Shown piece by piece: positions 33,394-41,886 of a DNA stretch of 41,886 bases (positions are counted from its first letter, which is position 1; every line of letters starts with the position of its first letter). The stretch is from Nemertoderma westbladi (taxonomy: Eukaryota; Animalia; Xenacoelomorpha), in contig JAUCBJ010005556.1 in the NCBI GenBank assembly GCA_032718475.1, positions 1-41,886 of the forward strand, read 5' to 3'. The translations under genes and the position numbers were made by a program. The notes under the pieces are model-generated. The model searched no databases, was not told the origin of the DNA, and saw only the letters and a list, made by a program, of their open reading frames with translations.

Positions 33394-35283
33394 CTAAACT
33401 CTAAGGTGCCCCTTGATCTTCCATCGTTCCTTCCAGGAGGCATTCTCCCACTGCCCCCCTGTAGCTCCTCTTATCTTTCGACCCACTTTCCTCGCCAATT
33501 CCAACTCACCAGGAATTGGTTCTCCCTCTCCCGCCACCCTAAAATCGGGTCTCTCCGCCGCCTTCTTAACTTCTTTATTTCCTGGCAGCAAAATGCCACC
33601 TCCCACCTTGTCGTCTCCAGGCGGCAGAATGGAAAGAAACTGAAAGAACAGACAAAACAGAACGAACAATAGTAATCCTATCCGTTTCCATCCTGTCTTC
33701 TTACTCGAGCTCCCCCTTGTCGGTATGCCTCTCAACTGGACCGGCGTCTCTTCCGGACACTCTCTGGCACTCCTCGGACACTCCTCTGGACACTCCTCCG
33801 GACACTCCTCCGGACTGTTGTCCTCCGGACATCTTGCCGTCCACTCCTCTCCATCCCCATACCGATACTTGCTGTGAACATCCTTGTTCCATCCCATTGT
33901 CTCTAAGTCTTCTGCGTCGAATCCATTCTCCTCCGCCCACACTCTTGCTGTAACTTCTCCTTCTAGCTTATCTACCATCTCTGGTTTCTCCTTTACGTCC
34001 TTAATGGTGCCTGATAGTATGCACCCTGATGTCTCCGACACCCTGGTTGGAACCTTGGTTTTAATTGGGCCGCTAAGTGTCCATCCGAACGGCGTGAGAA
34101 TCGCCGTCGGATCCCTCTGTCTTTCTTCCCCGAAGATCATCTGTACTCTTTTGTGGGCCGTCGGGCAGTCCATACCCACTATGATGGATACCTTCGAGGC
34201 GTCCACCTCCGGTATTGAAAAATCGATATCGTCCAGGAACTGGTACTGCTCGACCTCGATGGTAGTTGGTCTCCTGGCATTTATATTGATCGATTCTATG
34301 ATCTGAATGGGGTCGATGGTCGCCCCATAGTCACATCCCGGTGCAATCGCTGATATCTCGCACCGTCCCGTCCTCATCTCCAGGACCTCATCCTTACTTG
34401 AGATAGTAGTTACCGCCAACCTACTCGGCCTCGTCTGTAATTGGGTGGCCTCGGCCACCCAATTCTCCACCAGCGTGAAGGCTGCTCCACTGTCGACCAG
34501 CATTAATGTTGTGACTGATCGGCCGCCCCTTCCTGTTATCTTCACTGGCACTACCCCGAGTAGTACTTTCCTCTTTCTTCTTGCTCCTGTCGTGCTTGTA
34601 GCCATCGTTTGGCCTCCAGTCTCATCGTTCCCTATTGCTGTTTCTCTACACTCTCCGGATCTGTGTCCTTCTACCACACATCGATGACATAGTCCGTTTG
34701 CGTCTGTGTAGGCTACACGATCTTGTTTGGGCAACGCTTGCCAATGCTTACAACTCATGGTCTTATGGGTTCCATCCCTATGCAACTGACATTCAAATCC
34801 TGGATTGTTGCGTTCCCTGTATAGTCCCTCACGTATCGCGCGTAGGTTTATATCTACTTGTTTAGTGTTTTGGTTATCTGGACTCGGCCTACTGGGTATG
34901 TTGGGGTTATGTTTATTTGTGTTGTTATTTTCTTTCTGCCCCTGCCACGGTGTGGCCCTATTCCCAGCTAACTGAGGGCTTGTAGCCCCCTGTGTGGCCG
35001 CGTGTGGTAGCGACTGTCTTACTCTCGGGAATGGATCTGCAGGATTGTGTTCGGGTTTAGGCCTGTTGTATTCGGTCTTCAGCGCCTTCCCCAAACTATC
35101 CTCACTATAGACTGGGTCTGTAATCAACTCTGCTTCGTAGTTGAGGAAGTTTGACATTTCCTCTAGCCCTGGCTCTGCACCTTTCTTCTCCCGTGTGGAG
35201 AAGGCGATCTTCCTCCACTTGCTCCGCAGCCAGATCGGCAGTCGTGGTGATGTTATTAGATGTGTTGAGTTCGTATGGCGCAT
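33394..35283 (-). CDS. BEL/Pao Gag C-terminus + aspartic protease + unknown C-terminal tail with a hydrophobic segment
   Basis: RLP.WLRSKW, FL..EA....DPVY, knuckles CQLH....H....C and CHRC....H....C, VVPVKI, LVDSGA, IIVGMDCP, AILTPFGWTLSG; then ECPE repeats and IGLLLFVLFCLFFQFLSIL instead of RT. Confidence 0.8.
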   Translation of the reverse strand: MRHTNSTHLITSPRLPIWLRSKWRKIAFSTREKKGAEPGLEEMSNFLNYEAELITDPVYSEDSLGKALKTEYNRPKPEHNPADPFPRVRQSLPHAATQGATSPQLAGNRATPWQGQKENNNTNKHNPNIPSRPSPDNQNTKQVDINLRAIREGLYRERNNPGFECQLHRDGTHKTMSCKHWQALPKQDRVAYTDANGLCHRCVVEGHRSGECRETAIGNDETGGQTMATSTTGARRKRKVLLGVVPVKITGRGGRSVTTLMLVDSGAAFTLVENWVAEATQLQTRPSRLAVTTISSKDEVLEMRTGRCEISAIAPGCDYGATIDPIQIIESININARRPTTIEVEQYQFLDDIDFSIPEVDASKVSIIVGMDCPTAHKRVQMIFGEERQRDPTAILTPFGWTLSGPIKTKVPTRVSETSGCILSGTIKDVKEKPEMVDKLEGEVTARVWAEENGFDAEDLETMGWNKDVHSKYRYGDGEEWTARCPEDNSPEECPEECPEECPRSARECPEETPVQLRGIPTRGSSSKKTGWKRIGLLLFVLFCLFFQFLSILPPGDDKVGGGILLPGNKEVKKAAERPDFRVAGEGEPIPGELELARKVGRKIRGATGGQWENASWKERWKIKGHLRV

Positions 35284-35815
35284 CTAGCGTCTTCAGCACG
35301 ATTAACGCCTTCTCGACTTTGTTCGCAAATGTCTTTATGCTAATGGGGTTATCCTGTAGACCACCCGATGTTATACCCCTTAAGGTCTGCCGGATGATCT
35401 TGGCTGGGTGTCCGTATTCCCTGTCTAGGGCCCGCCATGCAGTCGTGAAGCCGCCCTCGATGCCCTGATACTGCCTCACGATGTCGTACGCTGGGCCTCC
35501 TGTATATACCTGTAAATATTTTAGGCACTCCACCTGCGTCAGGTTCTTACTTAATATCTCGTCGCTGTACATGCGTCGGAATTGCAGGTATTCTTCCGGC
35601 CTACTTCCGTCGAATTTAAATGGCTCTACGGGTGGTAGCTCGATCCTGGTCTTGAGCGCATCGATAAGTGTCGCCATTCCCATTGCCTGTGCTTCCAATG
35701 GGTTCGAGGGATGCTGTACAGATTCTCCTGTTGGGTGCGGTCCGCCCATCGGGCCCGTTGATTTTGTTTGCGTCGGATATACCATTGGGGGTAATGGCCC
35801 CCTCCATATTTCCAT
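35105..35815 (-). CDS. BEL/Pao Gag core (DUF1759-like); frameshifts into 33394..35283 near 35240
   Basis: LPPVEPFKFDGS..EYLQF...LKYLQVYTGGPA..IV...AWRALDREYGHP. Confidence 0.8.
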   Translation of the reverse strand: MEIWRGPLPPMVYPTQTKSTGPMGGPHPTGESVQHPSNPLEAQAMGMATLIDALKTRIELPPVEPFKFDGSRPEEYLQFRRMYSDEILSKNLTQVECLKYLQVYTGGPAYDIVRQYQGIEGGFTTAWRALDREYGHPAKIIRQTLRGITSGGLQDNPISIKTFANKVEKALIVLKTLDAPYELNTSNNITTTADLAAEQVEEDRLLHTGEERCRARARGNVKLPQLRSRVDYRPSL

Positions 35816-38800
35816 GTCGCATGATCTGTTCTCGTCCAGGGGGTTCGATGTTCTTATTCCCGTTTGAGTGTATTGTTGATATTGTAATGGGGGAATGTCA
35901 CCCTGTCCCCCCCCCCCCCCCCACCGGTATTATGTTTGGTACTGGGGTTGGTGTTAATATATTGGGGCCCATACACCTATCTGCAATAACTCTCCCCTCC
36001 CCTGGATATATGTTATGTCCCTGCATATTATAGTCATGCTGCTGTGCTGATACCGATATAGGCCTATCCACTTATTGCCTACCTACCGGTATGTACTCCG
36101 CGACTTCCGGATCTAATCCCATTGTTCGCGCTACCCTATCGCCTACACTATCTCTCCCAGCATGGCCTATAGTATGTGCAGTAAGGCCTACAGTATGTCC
36201 TGCAGTCTGTATGTGCCCTTCCGAACCGAAGTTTAACCTTCTCGAATAATTTAAGAAGTCCTCCCCGCGACTACCGTACTCTCGATCGGCAGCTATTTTC
36301 TGTCGGGAAGTTTCTCTTCGATCCCCTCTCCTGTTCTTGTTCTTGTATCGGTACGTCCTGTACCCTTCTCTTAGTGTGCGGTGCGTCTTTCCGGGACGAT
36401 GGCAATCTCCTGGAGTTCGACCCCACTGACTCCCTAACTCCATCTCTACTACCGACGGCTCGCTATCCGTCCTCGCTCTCCGGTTGCTCGTAGCAATGCT
36501 TCTTCTATTCTCTTCACTTCTTCTCTCTTCCGACTGACGTCTTCCCGCTCGCCCACTCTCGGCGCTAACATCTGACTCTACTCTGTCCGGCTGGACCCTC
36601 CTGGGGATACTCGCCATCCCCCTACTATTCTCCGTCGTCGGGTGCCGCGGTTCACCTAACTCGCCTCGCTTATCCGCCGACGCCTGCGGGACATTATCTG
36701 CCCCCCCCCCCTCTCGCTACTAATCTCTCGTGGTGGGGCGCCCGTAGCCTTCCCCCCCCACCCTTCTTACTCGCTATCTCTTACTTCGCTTCTACGCCTC
36801 TCTTGTGGGACATTCTCTGCCCCCCCCCCCTCTCGCCACTAATCTCCCGTGGTGGGGCGCCCTTAGCCCCCCCCCCCACTCGCCACTTCTTATTTCACTA
36901 CCTCTTACTTCGCTTCTACACCCCTCTCTAGTCGACGCACTGTCTCTACTGTGGCTGGGTCTACTCATCCCCGCCTCTCCCTGTGCAACTGAGTGGCCTT
37001 GCAGGCTCCCGTCAGGGTCACTCACCCCCGCTGCTCCCTGCCTAACTATGTGGCCTTGCAGGCTCCCGTCGGGGTCTCTCACCCCTGCTACTCCCTGCGT
37101 ACTAACTACGTGGCCTGGCAGGCTCCCGTTGGCTGGACCATCTGTTTCTCCTATATTAGTATTAATAGCCCCGTTATCAATATTATTATTTTCTAAATTA
37201 TTCAAATTATTTGAATTATTCTGTATATTTAAATTTAAATTATTATTCGAATCATTTTGAATATTTGAATTAGAATTGTTATTTTGTATATTTAAATTAA
37301 TATTAAAATTTGGATTATTTGTATTTAAATTAGAATTACCGTATAAAACATTATTTCCTGAATGAAAGTTTGATTAGGGTTGTCTACTACGGTACTATTA
37401 ATATTAATTTCTTCCAACGTATTATTATTACCCCCCCGCCCGTACGGTTACACCAGTTCTGGTTCTGTCGTCCGGTGCCTGTAAGTGGGATATTAACAAA
37501 CGTTTCCATTACCTCTGGCTCCCAATAAATACTACCCGAGCCAGCCTCACTCTCTGATAGTCCCAACTGCGCCAGTTCTAGTCGGCGCTTCTGCTTGGCC
37601 TGATATTGCATAAGCCCCCTTAGCCGGGCATGCATATCATCCCGCATACGCTTTCCCGCGCTCTCTCTTTCTCTATCCTCTCGCAAACTCTGGTTCGCCA
37701 ACTCAGTTTCTCTCGCCACCCGCTCCCTACACTCGCTTTCTACTCTCGCTTCTCGCTCTCAAGGCTCGTTCATCTCTCTCGTCTCTCGCTCCTTACGCTC
37801 GTTCTCCGCTCTCGTCTCTTGCTCTTCACGTTCCTTCTCTACTCTCATTTCTCGCTCCGTATGTTCCTTCTCTACTCTCGTTTCTCACTTCTTACATTCC
37901 TCTGCCTCTCTCTCTTCTTGTTCTCTACAATTTCTCGCTACCCTCTCGGCCCTCTCTCTACATTCCCTGGCTAACTCTCTCTCTCTTTCTAATAATGCGG
38001 TTCCCTCGTTCAATTGTCTCTCTAACTCTTTTTGGTCTAGCGCCGCAATGTCTAGTTGACACGCCAGATCTATCTCCAACACCCTTCTTGCTTTCGCAGA
38101 GGATGTAGCGGACTTATCGGTCGTGACGGACTCCCGTCGCCTCTCTGTCCTACTAACTTTCCCCCGCTTTCCGGGGTTCTCGCTAACCGACGAGACCGAA
38201 TCCTTGGAGTTAACCTCGGGTTCGCCCTCGTGCGGGTCTGCCCAACCCACTAACTTAATTCCCCTAGCATCCACTAAATATGGCCCTACGTACACTACTT
38301 GGTGCTCCATAATCCCGGATCGCCACAGTTCGAATAGTTCGGTGGCGACCCCCCTCACTCTCTCACTCGCCAGTTCTCCCTGCCCGAAACGAACTAGGTA
38401 TCTGAAATGTTTATTCGACTCACCTAGCCGCTGGCTCAACTTCCCCTGGTTTACCTTTGCTCCCTCTCTGGCCTCCTTGAGCTGTTTCTTCGTGGCGTTG
38501 TAGGCCCATTGAAGCCGATCGCTGGTCCCGACATCCTCGTTGCCGACATCTCCTCCTCCTCGTACCGGCGGCCCCACTGTCGCCGTTCCGGTGGGCCGTC
38601 CGTCGCCCTCGGCCTGTGGTTGGCCGGCAACTTCGGTACTTCGACCGCCGTTGTACGTCGACTCGTCTCTTCCTCCTGGTAGACGGCCGCCCTCCGCTTG
38701 GACTGCCGGATCATCTCTCGTCGGCGAATCCGGCTTTGCAGGTCGGTACCGTCGCATCGCGGCCTCGCGGATCGTTTGATTGGTATCGTCCGGGGTCCGC

Positions 38801-38844
38801 GGCGGTGTCCTCTCTCCCTCTGATAGTTGGGTTCCTGTGCTCAT
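35816..38844 (-). pseudogene. ~1000-codon N-terminal extension of the BEL polyprotein, now in fragments (37885..38844, 37387..37719, 36792..37205, 36072..36617)
   Basis: ATG 44 nt inside the 5' LTR boundary; consecutive same-strand ORFs with E/R-rich coiled-coil-like, Asn-rich and repeated segments; several breaks lie at or near C/G homopolymer runs. Confidence 0.6.
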
Positions 38845-38887
38845 CTTTTCTGGCAGTCATAGTTTGTGGTTGTTGGGAGTTTTTCAC

Positions 38888-39454
38888 TGTGACGGGATCA
38901 AGGGATCCCGACCGGGTTTAGTTGACTGCGCGTCACCGTTTGGGATAAAATAATAGCAGTTTGTTGTTATCGCTCTGATATTCGTAATAGATAATAGCAC
39001 AGTTGAATTGACAATATAATAGCAGTATACCGGTAGTGATAATGTAATATGTAGTGATGGTGATGGTGACGGTGAAAAACATCACCAGTCTGCACTGAAC
39101 TGAACGACTGAGTAAACTGGATAACTGACCGGTAGTAGGATAATATATGTATTCATTCCTACATTACTTTGGCCTTTGTCCAGTGGATACTTTTCCCCGC
39201 TCCCATTGGTTGATGACCTACTTCATGTCTCTCACCTCTGTGGGAGTGCTTCCCCCCCGCTGTTGGTTATCTGCCCTCTCGAGGTGGTTTGACCTCTAAC
39301 CTCCCTTTATGTGGCTTTTGGGGTGTATGTTATCCCCGTTATTGGGTGTGATACGAGATTGGTTGTTACCAATCTCGTGTCTCCAATATTGCTGAAAAGG
39401 GGCGCTACTTCCCAACTTTATGGGGGTAATGAAGCGGAATTGAATCCGCTCACA
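38888..39454 (-). repeat. BEL 5' LTR (567 bp)
   Basis: TG...CA termini with inverted ends TGTGACGGGAT / ATCCGCTCACA; the right 345 bp is duplicated at 31998-32345. Confidence 0.82.
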
Positions 39455-41758
39455 TACCGACACCATAGAGGAGCATCCGGAGGCAGTGGCGAGAGTTCTC
39501 GCCGCCTGCGACACTACCGACATCTCCATCAACCCGAGGAAGGTTCAGTTCTGCCTTCCGGAGGTCAAGTTCGGCGGTTACATCGTCTCCCACGGCCGAT
39601 TCCGGATCGACCCAGAACTCACGGACGACCTACGGAACTTCCCGACCCCAACCTGCCGGAAGGAACTCCGATTGTTCCTCGGCCTCGCCCAGCAGCTGGG
39701 AAAGTCCACAGCCGAGATAACCCAACTAATCGAACCCCTCCGGAGCCTGAACTCTAACTATAACAGCTGGTTGTGGCTGCCCCAACACAACCAGGCGTTC
39801 GAGGCGACTCGGTCCGCCCTGTCCAGCCCCCACTACCTGTCGGGGTTCCACCCCGACCGACGGACGGAACTCCTCACTGACGCCTCCCGGCTCTACGGAC
39901 TCGGTTTCCTCCTCCGACAGCGCGACCCCAACTCCAACCGTTGGCTCTCCGTCCAGTGCGGCTCCCATACCCTCGCCAAACACGAGGCCAACTGGTCCGG
40001 TATGGCCGAGCTGGAGGACCTCGGTGCTGCGTGGGCGGCCCACAAGTGCCGCTATTTCCTCGACGGACTGCGGCACTTCGAACTGGTGACCGACAGCAGT
40101 CTGTTGATTCCTGTACAGAACGACCGCAGCCTCGACCAGGTCACCAACGACCGCCTGCTGAAACTGAAGACTGCCTTGGCGCGGTTTAACTTCACCACTC
40201 GGCACCAACGCGGCACCAAGCACCTCATGGGTGATGCGTTCTCCCGCACCCCCCACCACGCACCGGAGCCCTCTGACCTACTACTCACCCTGGAGGACGA
40301 CGCCGACCGGGAGTTCATCGTCAACGCGGCTGCGGGAGAAATACAAGCCGTCGAATCTTGGGACGCCCATCTCGAACAGGTCCACCAGGTCGGCCAGCTA
40401 GACCCCGTCTACCGCGCCCTGCTCACCACCATCGACGAGGGCTGGCCGACCTCCAAACACCAGATTACCGACGACCAACTCTGACCTTACTTCGCTCACC
40501 GCGCTGACCTGATGGCCAACAATGGCCTCATCCTCCGTGGGCCCCAATTATACATCCCCGTGGAACTGCGACACGAGACCCTGCTGCAACTCCACGCAGC
40601 CCACCAGGGCCTTAACAAGACGCGAGAACGCACTAACTGGTCTGTCTGGTGGCCCTCCATCGCTCACGACATTACACAGGCGGTGGAGCGGTGCCAACCG
40701 TGTCAGGCAGTCCTCCCCTCCCACGCACCCGAGCCCCTCCAGCGCAACCCGGAAGCGACCCGTCCATTCCAAAGGACCCACATCGACCTCTTCCAGGTCG
40801 ACGCCAAAAACTACATGGCCGCCACCGACGAGTTCACTGGGTGGCCGACATTATATCGGCTAAACTCCGACACCACCTCGGTCGTCATTATCGACTGCCT
40901 CCAGAAGCTGTTCCTCGCCACCGTGGTGCCTATGGTGCTCCACCCAGATGGAGGCCCCCAACTTGTGTCAGATGTCATCAAAAACTTCCTCCATCGATGG
41001 GGCGTCACACTCGAGCCTTCCAGCCCCCACCTCCCACGCACAAACGGATGGGCGGAGGCCGCGGTGAAAGCCCTTAAGAAGATCGTCCGGGGAGCCAACC
41101 ACGACTCAGACGCCATCGCCCAGGGGATACTCGCATTCCGGAATACCCCCCCCGCTACGGAGGCCGGTCCCCCGCGGAACTCCTCTACGGCAGGAACGTC
41201 CGTGAGGCCCTCCCCGTGCATTTCACTGCACTCGACCCCAAATGGCGCCAAACCTTCGCTGAGCTCGACGCCCTTGCCGACTCCAACCGCGCACTACTCT
41301 GGGCGAACTATGACGGCCACACCCGACCACTCAGCGCCCTCCCAGTAGGCCACCCTGTCCTTATCCAGGACCCCCGCGATAAACGCTGGACGGGCCAGGG
41401 AACAGTAGTCGAGACCCTCCAGAACCACGACTACCTGGTACGTCAAGCCAGCAGCCGCGTTGTGCGACACAACTGGGTTTTTCTGCGGACCCGGTCGCCC
41501 ACGTTACCACCCTCGGGCGCACCACTACTGCCCACCCCACCACAACCACTCCAAGAAGTGACACCCAACCCACCACCACTGGCACCACCGTCGCCACCCG
41601 TACCCACCTGGGCCGACGTCGCTGCGCCGCCTCAGCCACCGACCGCCACCAGCCCCCCACGGGCACCCCAAACACCGACCCAAGCCCACCACCCCCGCCC
41701 CCACCCATACCCGCTCCGGTCGAACCATTCGCCCCCCACCACGATACGCCAACAGTGA
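39455..41758 (+). pseudogene. Gypsy pol C-terminal part: RT thumb, RNase H, integrase (stop at 40482-40484, frameshift near 41150)
   Basis: TIEEH..V.RVL, KVQF...VKFGGY, TDAS..GLG.LL.Q, DAFSR, H..HQG...CQPC, HIDLF, DGGPQ, NG.AE.AVK; Pro-rich tail. Confidence 0.92.
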
Positions 41759-41852
41759 CTACAGTAAATAACCCTCATAGCCTGTTCATTTTAACTTTTA
41801 GCGGTTCATTGTTATTTACCATTACGTTTATTGCTAATCACCCACCCCTCCT

Positions 41853-41886
41853 AAGAAGGGGATGTGTGTAGTATAGTGCATGGCTC
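41853..41886 (+). other. Gypsy polypurine tract and start of the 3' LTR
   Basis: AAGAAGGGGA (41853-41862) followed by the LTR start sequence. Confidence 0.85.

Larger units (their letters stand above)
31998..39454 (-). mobile_element. BEL/Pao-type LTR element lacking RT, RNase H and integrase (non-autonomous), nested antisense in the Gypsy element
   Basis: Direct repeats 31998-32345 and 39110-39454; PPT GGGGGGGAG (- strand, 32354-32346) abuts the left LTR; BEL-type Gag and protease ORFs lie between. Confidence 0.88.
29757..41886 (+). mobile_element. Ty3/Gypsy LTR retrotransposon (Mag-like), decayed, interrupted by a BEL/Pao element; 3' LTR runs off the window
   Basis: Order LTR-PBS-gag-PR-RT-RH-IN-PPT-LTR; tgtgtagtatagtgcatggctc shared by 29757-29778 and 41865-41886. 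Confidence 0.93.

Overview
Eukaryotic (almost certainly animal) genomic DNA that is mostly transposons and tandem repeats. It contains three intact host genes: HGH1 (two exons, - strand), VMA21 (- strand) and an intronless, divergent nicotinic-receptor-like pentameric ligand-gated ion channel subunit whose extracellular domain has no cysteines. A P-superfamily DNA transposon (31-bp TIRs, 8-bp TSD, internally deleted THAP transposase, interrupted by an RTE-like LINE) lies 135 bp upstream of VMA21, and a probable P-type excision footprint lies nearby. Four copies of one RTE-like LINE, several MITEs/palindromes, CRE-like and hAT-like relics, minisatellites and a 3.8-kb array of 87 x 44-bp units with a 616-bp higher-order duplication fill the middle. 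The last 12 kb is a Mag-like Ty3/Gypsy element. Inserted antisense into it is a BEL/Pao-type LTR element encoding a very long Gag-protease polyprotein that ends in a hydrophobic segment and has no RT, RNase H or integrase. All family assignments come from motif recognition by eye; no database search was run.
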